Positions 21,901 to 27,100 of a stretch of DNA of 27,100 nucleotides are shown here, piece by piece. How positions within the stretch are numbered: position 1 is the first letter of the stretch; every line of letters begins with the position of its first letter. Source of the stretch: a virus (Duplodnaviria > Caudoviricetes); the IMG/VR virus record IMGVR_UViG_3300020294_000027, positions 1 through 27,100 of that record; one strand, 5' to 3'. The translations under genes were made by a program, and so were the position numbers. The notes beneath the pieces are model-generated. The model worked only from the letters and a program-made list of their open reading frames with translations, had not been told where the DNA came from and made no database searches.

Positions 21901-24507
21901 ATTGGCATTACCGTTGCTATTATAGTAAACTACCTCACCATTTGATAAATTATGCTCCGTGGTGAATGTGATTGTTTCCTGTGCAATCGATAAACCACCA
22001 GCAAAGAATACATCTCTACTATCAAAAGATAATTCACGAACTCTTTTACTTACAACAGGTTCTAATCGACATCCAATACCATTACCACCAGTAATAGAAA
22101 CTGAAATTACATCATTTATATCAAATTCGTGTGGATCTACGAAAATATTTTTAACAGAACCACTAACAACTGGTTCTAATAAAGCAGTTGTACCTGAACT
22201 TAATGTACTATTATCAACAATAAGTTTAGGTGGGTTTATGACATCATACCCAGTACCACTATTATAAACTTCAATAGAAGTTAATGGTCCATAGAAAACA
22301 TAATCTTCTGATATTGGTGTTCTTATCTGAACACCATCAATCATCATACCAATATCATTAAGTGGTGTTTCTCCTTTACTCGCAACAAATAAATCTTGAT
22401 ATAATGGGAATTTTCTTAAAACTTTATTTGGTGCTAACTTTCTATTATTTTGAGACAGTTTAGTAAAATTATGATTACCTACTAAAGGTTGTAAATCTAA
22501 TTTAACATTAGTTGCAGTACCAATCAGTCCTCTAGAGAGGTATAATTTAATTTTTCCTGGATCTATAACTAAAACTTCAACATAATAAGTCTGACCTGAT
22601 ACTAATCCTGGAATTGCTGTGCCATCTGTAGTATATACAAGTGAATCACCTGTAATAAATTCAATAGGATTATCAAACGTAACTTCGTTATATTTTTCAA
22701 GGTCTACATCATAACCTGTAATATGAGTAGAATCTGCTGTTGAAATTCCAGACTTTATAATATTAGAACTTATAGTATAACTTGGTAATGAGTTTGAAGC
22801 AACATAACCATCAATATCACCATCAACATAAACATTTAATACATCAGAAAGAATTTCATTATTTCCATCTTTAAGTTCAAGACCAGAACTAGTAGATTTT
22901 TTTAATTTTCTTAGAATATCATAATCTTTTAAAGGATCTGGAGTAAATCCACCAACACCAGTTAAAGTTACAGTTTTTGTAAAACTATTAATCGAAAATA
23001 CAATCGCATTAGATTGTGCAACTGTATTAGTATTCCTTTCTAGGATATCAACAATATCATCAACCTTTAAACTTGATTTGTCAATATCCGTCTCTAAAAC
23101 AAAATCTGGTTTATTAATAATCCTTATTGAGAATCTACAAGATGTGTTGTATATCCAAGAATTGGCAAATATTTGTTTATAAGTGTAGTCAGAATCAGGA
23201 TTTAATATAGATTCACCAACATTCTTAACATATACATTTTCACCCTCTTCAACTAATGAAATATCTGAAACTGGTATAAACTTAGAAAGAACTCCAGTAG
23301 TTCTTAACTCTACCTTTTTCTCTAAATCTCCATCCTCATAACCAAATATAACCTCATCCGATCTTAAATCAGATCCCATACTAATATCATTAGTATTGCC
23401 AGTACATCCAAAGAACTGATTAATACTCTTTGAAGTATAGGAAATAGTTTGACCACCACATAAAACTGTTCCAGTATGTTCAAAACCGACTGTTGAATCA
23501 ACTGAAATGATGGGTGAATTTGCTGGTGTTGCTTCTAGAACTCTAGTTTTACCTGGAATTGTAAAGGTTCCTTCAATTAGATCTCTATCATTAAATCCAA
23601 CAAACAAAGAAAGTTTGTAATATACCTTATTTTCTCTTGTTAATATCTCAACTTCCGAAACAGAAGCATTTGTTCTTAAATCAGTAGACTTGTAAATTGT
23701 CTGACCCACTAATTGAGATGGATCACCACTGATTGGATCTGCAATTATAACCTCTCTACGAATAAATTCAGCGTCAGATGGTTTAACTAAACGCTCTTCT
23801 AAATCTAATACTTGAGATTCTACACCATAAAGAACTTTAAATAGTATCTTTATAGATTCTTCAATACCTTTTGATTGATAAAAAGTTCTTGCGTGTTTAA
23901 TGAAGTTACCAACATCAAGATCTGGAGTAAAGTCATTATCCTCTAAACCAGGTAAAAATGTTCTTTTTAACTTTTTATAGAACTCTTGAATGAAAAGTAC
24001 ACTTAAATTAGTAACTGATTGTGTACCAGCAACATCTGCAGTATGCTCCGCAGCAGTTGTATTCTCAAAAACTAGACTTTCTTTATTGACATCATCAATA
24101 AAAGAAGAAATACCTACATTATAACCAGTAATACCACTAAATCCACGAATACATCCTGTAAATGATGTATCAGTCTTACTAGTATAGGTAATAATTTCAT
24201 CATCAATCTTTAAAAGACCATATTCAGCAGGATATCCCTTTGTTGAAGAAACCTTAATAGTAGTAGAAGCACCTGAAATGTATTCAGAAAGGGTAGTTAC
24301 ACCAACTACAACCTCTGGAACTAGGTTATCAACCTTGATATACTGATCAAAGTTGCTAATTAGGTCAGATGGAGCACCTTGTGCCTCTTGTGAAATATAA
24401 TATTGCTTAAAAAACTCAGTTGCCTTGGGAAAGTCACTAATTAAAAACTCAGGTAACTGACTTTCAATTATTTTATTGACTTTTACTCTATTATCGACAT
24501 TTAACAT
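9931..24507 (-). CDS. gp7: Giant baseplate wedge initiator gp7-like protein, 4858 aa, with many accessory beta-rich modules
   Basis: Lies between gp6 and gp8. It has N-terminal IESQLPEFL..FFKQYY, FIKHARTFYQSKG.EESIKILFKVLY and internal NDYFQNLSYSVKS..W...V..LVHPSGLKNF motifs of T4-like gp7. It also has many GxGY turns, H-G/N-x-x-x-G-D/E modules and a YHYH-like segment. Confidence 0.82.
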   Translation of the reverse strand: MLNVDNRVKVNKIIESQLPEFLISDFPKATEFFKQYYISQEAQGAPSDLISNFDQYIKVDNLVPEVVVGVTTLSEYISGASTTIKVSSTKGYPAEYGLLKIDDEIITYTSKTDTSFTGCIRGFSGITGYNVGISSFIDDVNKESLVFENTTAAEHTADVAGTQSVTNLSVLFIQEFYKKLKRTFLPGLEDNDFTPDLDVGNFIKHARTFYQSKGIEESIKILFKVLYGVESQVLDLEERLVKPSDAEFIRREVIIADPISGDPSQLVGQTIYKSTDLRTNASVSEVEILTRENKVYYKLSLFVGFNDRDLIEGTFTIPGKTRVLEATPANSPIISVDSTVGFEHTGTVLCGGQTISYTSKSINQFFGCTGNTNDISMGSDLRSDEVIFGYEDGDLEKKVELRTTGVLSKFIPVSDISLVEEGENVYVKNVGESILNPDSDYTYKQIFANSWIYNTSCRFSIRIINKPDFVLETDIDKSSLKVDDIVDILERNTNTVAQSNAIVFSINSFTKTVTLTGVGGFTPDPLKDYDILRKLKKSTSSGLELKDGNNEILSDVLNVYVDGDIDGYVASNSLPSYTISSNIIKSGISTADSTHITGYDVDLEKYNEVTFDNPIEFITGDSLVYTTDGTAIPGLVSGQTYYVEVLVIDPGKIKLYLSRGLIGTATNVKLDLQPLVGNHNFTKLSQNNRKLAPNKVLRKFPLYQDLFVASKGETPLNDIGMMIDGVQIRTPISEDYVFYGPLTSIEVYNSGTGYDVINPPKLIVDNSTLSSGTTALLEPVVSGSVKNIFVDPHEFDINDVISVSITGGNGIGCRLEPVVSKRVRELSFDSRDVFFAGGLSIAQETITFTTEHNLSNGEVVYYNSNGNANLGIGPAFDTTNTSDGTLATGAPYNVSVVNTKTVRLYNSYEDAMTGINTIGLSTATNASGIHKFRTSTKNVLQSVKVLNAGSGYSYRNLHIKPSAVSVAFDTINFKNHGFANADLVEYSSADVSIGGLSTSKAYYIMKIDDHSFRLADAGISTTPSKVNYDRGEYVGLTSTGSGLQSFKYPDISVNCEVSYASTVTGSFNFTPVVTGEISQAYLYEEGDNYGSTILNHEKNPVVEVKIGRDAELKPIIVDGKILDVQVLNRGRDYFSLPSISVETTGITTTGLSGSGAILRPVITDGKLTDVVVINSGIGYTAAQTNLYVESTGKNALFEPRVRKLTVDSRKRFGTYALEGTDEELYFSLYGYNEDIANTFNDNASSHSPIIGWAFDGNPIYGPFGFSASDELGPTVRLMNPGYELDMTQVENRPSGFDEGFFTDDYYFNSTGDLDVHNGRFCKTPEFPNGVYAYFAGVTTAMSGPNIGKLEPKYPYFIGNTYRSPFISSNTTLSHSFDFNSTSFARNTFPYKVGDPNANNDFIIESNERVRQLSRIESVTVGEIDGLQVLDGGSGYQVGDFTVFDNSGTSGSGLRGQVKSIAGLGVSSIETELESFENAVFTWKNNKEVQAHYLPFIELNDNDVISVSGLSSSIVHLTDSFSVGISTNRIGLAQSMTSNAIVAGRVDDIYVNVIPDTVSIGSTLKIDQDELVKVLNIFDMGSILRVKRFGPGIAHTYSSSIDVLNSHISIPVKTKQFESKLNDKVYFNAKNSVGTGVTVGGGITKEYRIGDTISEVSIPTRAIYLPNHPFKTGQKLIFSKRGTANSLIVGDTEEAVLNFSLPNVTTDRSTVYAINKGQNYVGLVTQVGAATTSEGLFFKGNESDDYEYLLESTFDQVTGDIDKIVSKVTTKIAIANTESHNLSNGDVVTLNVIPNTVVGVGSTAPLSLIYNEEHELILVNRVGFTSTGINTERNSITVQDHGYSTGDKIFYDSNYAHADSVGGLSTSSTYFVYELNRNEFSVAKTLKDVQVDPPLLIGISSTGAVDHTIAAINPQIDVIKNSKLTFNVSDSSLFGYELKVFYDQQFKNEFISAQDDNNFNVSGVGTVGVGTESTISLAFSKTTPSRLYYTLEKSGYISTADTTIPNYSEINFVDSAYSGDYKIFGITSDTFKVSPRSIPELLSYKEDQCDTIEYATESKSVLGPVKEIKVISKGFDYKQLPKFSSIVSLNGKNANVVALSTSVGRINNVRIVDIGYEYSSDRTLSPEAFVSPVVRIDNLDSIVSITVTDGGNEYLSAPDIIVYDPENDVVVDDTSLLAKVPNQTISEVEVIAPVQGLNSVNHKIITINNSNGIGINSMEGGGSGIVTCTLETPIGGFRVSPFATGDEVFVEGVELFGEAGIGTQSNVSVGVATGGDGYNSANYQFRFFKVEDFVNSDPAVLKYSISGLTTNPGIAKTYQSGYASIINKNNYPILESVQERGSFIINEPILVKENDIFLSKDLIVADTRDDFIKVDGTFRLKVGQRIKGETSNVSATVVSLTENKARFEVDYANRQEYGWIDDSGKLNEDIQVIPNNDYFQNLSYSVKSPITWDQFVDPVNRLVHPSGLKNFADTSIETVVGNVGVGTSVSSVPSIVVDVMGERRVDTINNFDLAKDYDTRGNKSKFVTFENLKLTDYTKCKTNRVLLHDNISNKFSSKGLQDLFTEIEEIDTNFARYLIQVVDADTNDAQLSDLVVLTTTNDAFLVEKSSDWTYEKLGDFEAVSDTFQRKTLNFNPVERYNRDHDIKIYKTDFTTNAVVDGIDTIGSIDFKASNVKVAIADTDSNNVVSGFTTTILAQFDHTDFNGLFATVVLQDDITKDLNYGEIIVDFDGSNLYYTESYIDTLNISYSSSQVGVLTARLDSGTIYLECENQTKQVINVSSNIVGLGTTTAGIGTYRFAVPGQPVGAERSGRLESTYHTGTSTPILVTRTQKDIDSSVKSYVRVSNETGGSAMHQIVSIQDGDNTTTIQYPFTGATTSGLGTFGTVDNGIYNELNFYPDTSQTTLIEVQAYNEVLNTENDFANEPSSLKYGPLEKSIFLDSYDGVNGTRANKVNFELTHEGTPIYSKVFNPADLTLDQTGFNIPNHFFNNNEEITYIAGSTFVGVGSTGVSIGSTANNVGVVTDILPSTVYVKAIDSNTIELYTQKEYITSGLPVKLTGVGEGNAHKFEMTKKLSKTVIGLDGIIQQPITYTAIEHNLVGLITSGTPQFVLSGISSIQPRDVLKVGPEYMKVEQIGFSSLPQGTINKSDDIAAGICTLPVVRVRRGSLGIGATEHADGSEARVHRGSFNIVDSTAWFLDPPKGNTRERRNITNLPYVRAEFSGRTFLRQNYTTNMVFDDISDNFTGIGRTYTMTVGGANTITGVGLGNGVLFINGVFQTPLTVNNAGNNYEFEQDTNVGVSSVVFTGISSENGQMMQSEFDINQNQLPRGGLIVSMGSTPGLGYAPLVGAKVRLDIENNTNLFAAGSITNVVGVGTSARYNLGIQTAAYDNTTGIITVTTNKVHGFGLGSPNTVKLKGLEFKCPTYAVGTPTTGTAYNPATGLLTIKIVDHKLTTGDSIKIDKEGLTFSCTYGSGGNGSYPRSTDPAHDKYLTVTVVDADTFTVNALLGISPTNTDTHTFVEAVPNCIRSLNYVGVTTSLFQDERPDAKDKEKPLQLVGIVSERSFEVKVGMSTIPHIYHGGGFAYEFWNDLTMGSGYREPVAIGVTDILYEHKFVSSANNAVTANTGTQYTPSTVDYHSESGELVLTVGTHNLQAATEHTADSVAYSASTGKITVTMAGHPFVNGDLVKIKDHSISLKCEMDNYGSTHTYPRPSDPISGKWVNVTNKTTNTFKLDVGTSPTVSFTPTDVDYDPVTGLMEMHIGSHSLTPNTSIKIATNSLGFTCDVDNNTSTKTYPRSSDPYNDTAIKIESVTDTTITVQVLSVQPSTNTTRHTFVSAVPNCITTGGNYTHQFDSVVTGGILKASNTVTILDESLIFTCDRDNHRSNHPYPRTTDPASGVTLGIERIANNSFTVNVGTGGGGGREAVVEAKVATNKHKFVSSSAGSVTIGSGGVLTPTNAKYDPSTGELIIVKSSHGVGGASTITPSNVAYNQTTGVLTVTKNGHGFAVNDKILIEDNSLTFTCTKDGNVTKHHYPRPTDYASGRWLFITNATINTFRVNVNPNPSYEKYDHTFVQPAINGCIQKSNEYITIAANSIVFTCEQDQHQSLHAYPRTTDPIFANQVPVGKATADTFRVMVGKSPAGTGGALSLVVKNGGGKYVNPELDIPDPVYENMPVVGISRLGIGGTTDTGNNLLMNVAVGAARTNVGAARSMFEISEFQIARSGHSFKIGDKFKPQGLVVDKRLQRPIQEFELEVVETFNDYYSSWQFGELDFIDSIALMQTGSRRRFPLFFNGQLLSFEVDEESALSDQIDLNAVLLIFVNGVLQTPNVSYQFEGGTTFTFTEAPMASDKVDVFFYKGEEGVDIEIVDVNETIKIGDDIQIIKHPDFLDPNVQPFTETQETTRPVKAILGSDLVETTIYTGVGITEFYAKPLDWTKQKSDVWIKGDLISKAREQLEPQIYPTAKIIASIGSTTGITVEETDGIFVDDAEAFFYEEAPLHLKVEDRYGVSIESVDALLLPPANFVGAAITAIVSNKGDIESLVINEPGSGYVGAAITLSIAAPVGVGIGTTERNKYAVTGISTFAEASATVTGGQITGYNITNIGLGYTHSNPPQVVIPQAYYGSEKILEIKNVQGFAGIITGISTSAGTNGHPLALRFAFRADKPTTDLKAGHYVYISNTPFTVGGAQTTAEYLPFNDGSIQPTNNRFTAGIGGDPTTSVDKNDNEIIAIGSGFMDNIYKVSEIAHTSGENGEIVCNIKNTNDVITGLAATGFHDAGGVNIDEPTNIGLTTTYGKISWGRLYNATRAESPISIGVTGLTVDSGLSTFPTIQRRSYARSSLKGLRNTGAIRIQIS
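12076..14360 (-). repeat. Array of seven ~100-aa modules in gp7 (six with YPRxxD[PY], one divergent)
   Basis: YPR motifs at 14050-14070, 13357-13377, 13102-13122, 12817-12837, 12382-12402 and 12151-12171. Shared elements are YxxxTG, H, FTC, FTVNV and HTFV. Confidence 0.85.
20434..20772 (-). other. YHYH-family-like C-terminal half domain within gp7
   Basis: HSPIIGWAFDGNPIYGP...GDLDVHNGRFCKTPEFPNGVYAYF...YPYFIG matches my recollection of the YHYH family (PF14240) consensus. Confidence 0.7.
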
Positions 24508-24510
24508 ACT

Positions 24511-26460
24511 TTATTCCCTTTCCAATTTCCCATTTGAGTAACTTGAAGTGTAATAATCTCTAGAGAATACAACGCCCGATACATCTTCGCCCGAAGCAAT
24601 TACATCCTTAACCATATTTATCTTAGTATTTGAAACATCAAAACTTAGGTATAAATCCTTCAATCCAATAACATCATTGGAGTCTGGGAATGCCTGTATC
24701 TCAACTATATCGTTAACAGCGTTTGTTTCTGTTATATTAATAGTATTTAATAGAATTTCACCTTTCTTATAATCAACAGTTCCTATTGATTTAACTATAA
24801 CCCGTAGTTCATTCTTCTTATCTCGTGAAATCGCACTTAATACTCCCATATGACTACCATCAAGATCACCTTTATCATTCTTGTTAGGAACATCAGTTAA
24901 GAAGACAACTTCATCTGAACCAGAAACCTTAAATCCAGTACTCTTAATGTTAAATCCTTCAGGATTAATGTGGAATCTATTGCCAAAGCATAATTCATAC
25001 TGTGCAAATTGATTGACCAGTACTTTCATATCCCTTCTAATCTTAACTTTAGTAATATTAGAAGTAATTGCAGAATCAACTCTGTCAATTAATTGAAGTG
25101 CTTTACTATACTTAAATCTACCACCAAACTTATTAATATCAATATTCTTAGAATAATCTGATAAAGTACTAGTAATGGTTGATTTTAAATTATTTGAATT
25201 TGAAACCTTAGAAGAATCGTAATAGATTGTACTGTCCAATTCAACATAAAGAACCTTAAGATCAATAATGTCTGCATTAATACCAGCAATTGAATAACTC
25301 TTAAGTTTGTTTTTTATCTGCTGTTTATCAAAATCTGATACATAAGTACCATTTTTAGGTTTGATACTAATCTGAACCTTACCAAATTGAGGTGGATCTA
25401 ATTCTTCACCACCAACTACAGCAACTGACTCTGTTCTAGAGTAAATTGATTGTATAATTGCCTCATAATCCCTTGCTGTAACTGCCCTATACTGTGCTGA
25501 GTACAGTCTAGGTGCGAAATACTTAATAGAGGAAAGGTCTTCTTGTTCAGCACCGTTAGAAGCGTTCTGAACGGTAGTTACTAAAATACCAGAATCAGGA
25601 ATAACAGTTAATGCAGAGGTATCATTAGGGGTTTTATTAGTAAAAACGCCAGCAAAATCAAAATTTCCTGTAGAATTTGCTTTACCACCTGCACCATTAC
25701 CCTCTTCACCATCAGTAATAATGAATCTAACAGTAACAATTGATCCATTTTCTAGTTTTTTACCAAAATAACCATCACCAAAGAGTAATTCATACTTTTC
25801 ATCCTGTACTTCTTGTATAAAGAAGATCTCAGAGTTCTTATTAATGCTTAAAATGTTGTCTATCTTAGCATATTCTCTTCCAATACCTGTATCTGCAGGT
25901 CCAGAAACATAAACCTTAATAGAATTGGCATCAATATCACTATTTGAGAGAATATATCTTTGATCTTTTGATGTATTGATCTGAAATCTCTTCTCTAACA
26001 GTGTTCCTTGTAAAACTTCTATGTTATTAAAGGTTGCTGCACCATTAATTAATGATGCAGTATGTGGTTCAACGGTTGAAAACCTATATGTAGTGTCATT
26101 TGCCTCTCCTACACACACTAAACCTGGTTTTAAGTACAGTCTATCTGCAGAATTGGCACTTTCCACATTAAATGAAATCGTTGCCTTTGCAGCAGTTTTT
26201 GAACGGGGTACATAACCTATGTTACGGGCAAGAGAAACCACATTTTCCCTTATAACTGCAGAGTCTAGGAAGGTTTCATTCGCAACTAGGTTAGCATTAA
26301 AGGCATTAATATAGGTATTATAGGCAAGTGTATCAATTAGGACGCTAAAGTTAGAACCCTCAAAGTCAAAATCGGAGAAATTGCTATTGGCACGAAGATA
26401 ATCTCTTATTTGAGCCTTGATTTCGGTAAAATCTAAATTGGCAAACTGAGTGAATGACAT
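24511..26460 (-). CDS. gp6: Baseplate wedge subunit gp6, 649 aa
   Basis: LDF..IK...RDYLR....FSDFDFEGSNFSVLIDTLAYNT, FLDSA..RENVVSLA..IGY.P, YELLFGDG.FG and QYRAVTARDY motifs. Length is close to T4 gp6. Confidence 0.95.
   Translation of the reverse strand: MSFTQFANLDFTEIKAQIRDYLRANSNFSDFDFEGSNFSVLIDTLAYNTYINAFNANLVANETFLDSAVIRENVVSLARNIGYVPRSKTAAKATISFNVESANSADRLYLKPGLVCVGEANDTTYRFSTVEPHTASLINGAATFNNIEVLQGTLLEKRFQINTSKDQRYILSNSDIDANSIKVYVSGPADTGIGREYAKIDNILSINKNSEIFFIQEVQDEKYELLFGDGYFGKKLENGSIVTVRFIITDGEEGNGAGGKANSTGNFDFAGVFTNKTPNDTSALTVIPDSGILVTTVQNASNGAEQEDLSSIKYFAPRLYSAQYRAVTARDYEAIIQSIYSRTESVAVVGGEELDPPQFGKVQISIKPKNGTYVSDFDKQQIKNKLKSYSIAGINADIIDLKVLYVELDSTIYYDSSKVSNSNNLKSTITSTLSDYSKNIDINKFGGRFKYSKALQLIDRVDSAITSNITKVKIRRDMKVLVNQFAQYELCFGNRFHINPEGFNIKSTGFKVSGSDEVVFLTDVPNKNDKGDLDGSHMGVLSAISRDKKNELRVIVKSIGTVDYKKGEILLNTINITETNAVNDIVEIQAFPDSNDVIGLKDLYLSFDVSNTKINMVKDVIASGEDVSGVVFSRDYYTSSYSNGKLERE
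24615..24622 (-). promoter_or_regulatory. Late promoter GATAAATA embedded in the 3' end of gp6
   Basis: Matches NATAAATA; 108 nt upstream of the gp7 start; lies within codons K-I-N-M. Confidence 0.55.
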
Positions 26461-26464
26461 ATTA

Positions 26465-26866
26465 TTATCTGGTTGGTTCTAATAGGAAAGTAAATGACTG
26501 AGTTGGTGCTCGTAATCCAACAATATCGAATATAACAACTACATTAAAGGCATTATTATCAGGATAAGGATCTAATTCAACTCTTAAGTTATCAACTCTA
26601 GGTTCATAACGCATTACTGTCTCATTTATCTGATCTTCAATCACCATTGTGAGTGTAGGTGTAAAGTTTTCAAATAAACTTGCACGAATACTAGTTCCAA
26701 GTTCTGAATTAAAGAATCTTTCGGTAGGAATAGTCTCTACTAAGTTCCTTACCGATCTTACAATCGCACGTTCATTCTTCAATACAGGTAGATCTTTTGT
26801 CACTGGATGTGGTTCAAAAGCAAAACTAATATCTTTAAATGATCTAGACTTTCGTGTTATTGACAT
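26465..26866 (-). CDS. gp25: Baseplate wedge subunit gp25 (GPW/gp25 family), 133 aa
   Basis: FKDIS..F..HPVTKDL..LKNERAI.RSVRNL..T...ERFF...G...LFE and YEPRV motifs; size and position upstream of gp6. Confidence 0.93.
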   Translation of the reverse strand: MSITRKSRSFKDISFAFEPHPVTKDLPVLKNERAIVRSVRNLVETIPTERFFNSELGTSIRASLFENFTPTLTMVIEDQINETVMRYEPRVDNLRVELDPYPDNNAFNVVVIFDIVGLRAPTQSFTFLLEPTR

Positions 26867-26877
26867 CGAAAAGGCAA

Positions 26878-26908
26878 TATTTAGTACTATTTACATCTTT
26901 TATTTATG
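26878..26908 (-). promoter_or_regulatory. Late promoter cluster upstream of gp25: CATAAATA, TGTAAATA, ACTAAATA
   Basis: Three TAAATA cores at 26908-26901, 26895-26888 and 26885-26878, between the terminator and the gp25 ATG. Confidence 0.75.
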
Positions 26909-26924
26909 ACAGAAACCAGACATT

Positions 26925-26945
26925 AAAAAACCCCCTTTCGGGGGT
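26925..26945 (-). terminator. Rho-independent terminator
   Basis: Minus strand ACCCCC-GAAA-GGGGGT then TTTTT: GC stem, GNRA tetraloop and U-tract, starting 5 nt after the stop of the 49-aa ORF. Confidence 0.9.
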
Positions 26946-26950
26946 GAGGG

Positions 26951-27100
26951 TTATTTACCTTGTCCTCTGTATCTTTTCTGTGCTTTATTTCGAGACGAAG
27001 CGGAGTACTTAGTATGTTTTCCGTTTCCTTGTCGAGTCTTCTTCGGGATTGATTCTAACTCAACATTTCCCCATACACCTGTGGTGGTTCTTACTGCCAT
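26951..27100 (-). CDS. Small basic hypothetical protein, 49 aa, ending KRYRGQGK
   Basis: Manual translation: MAVRTTTGVWGNVELESIPKKTRQGNGKHTKYSASSRNKAQKRYRGQGK*. Followed immediately by the terminator. The ATG is the last three bases of the window, so an upstream extension cannot be excluded. Confidence 0.8.
   Translation of the reverse strand: MAVRTTTGVWGNVELESIPKKTRQGNGKHTKYSASSRNKAQKRYRGQGK

Noticed and set aside
10697-22267. Plus-strand ORFs 10697-11020, 11824-12054, 17181-17372 and 21959-22267, and alternate-frame minus ORF 17607-17810
   Set aside because: Fully nested in gp7. Their composition is what the opposite strand or shifted frame of a biased gene produces.
9931-24507. Intein, intron, or stop-codon-recoding fusion as the cause of gp7 size
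   Set aside because: The frame is continuous in the standard code. I recognised no intein splice blocks or homing-endonuclease motifs, and the extra length is explained by repeated modules.
26623-26630. GATAAATG inside gp25 as a promoter for gp6
   Set aside because: Mismatched to consensus, and ATAAATG also occurs mid-gene elsewhere. gp6 is easily served by the gp25 promoters.
652-26866. Bacterial contractile injection system, T6SS or virulence locus
   Set aside because: T4-type gp6/gp7/gp8 sequences and late promoters indicate a lytic T4-like phage. The VrlC name does not imply virulence here.
26465-26866. gp25 as an active lysozyme
   Set aside because: The lysozyme label on this family is historical. 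gp25 is a structural sheath-initiating subunit, and no catalytic motif is evident.
26021-26909. Plus-strand ORFs 26021-26215 and 26649-26909
   Set aside because: Antisense to the well-conserved gp6 and gp25 genes.

Overview
AT-rich (roughly one-third GC by eye) segment of a T4-like marine myovirus, most likely a cyanomyovirus. It is a late structural operon entirely on the minus strand. In order of transcription: a 49-aa basic peptide missed by the ORF track (26951-27100), a rho-independent terminator, gp25, gp6, a giant 4858-aa gp7-like wedge protein, gp8, a 2550-aa VrlC/DUF4815-like protein, a 169-aa basic protein and the start of a TTG-initiated gene running off the left edge. T4-type late promoters (NATAAATA/ACTAAATA) lie just upstream of most genes, and two are embedded in the preceding coding sequence. 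The gene order is ordinary for cyanomyoviruses. The main points of interest are: (1) gp7 contains a ~100-aa YPRxxDP module inserted into copies of itself up to three levels deep, with two circularly permuted copies; (2) the two left-most genes begin with T4 internal-protein-like capsid-targeting sequences; (3) a hairpin spanning a late promoter and an RBS resembles T4 translational switches. No RNA genes, CRISPR arrays, mobile elements, introns or inteins were recognised. All family calls are from motif recognition, not database searches.
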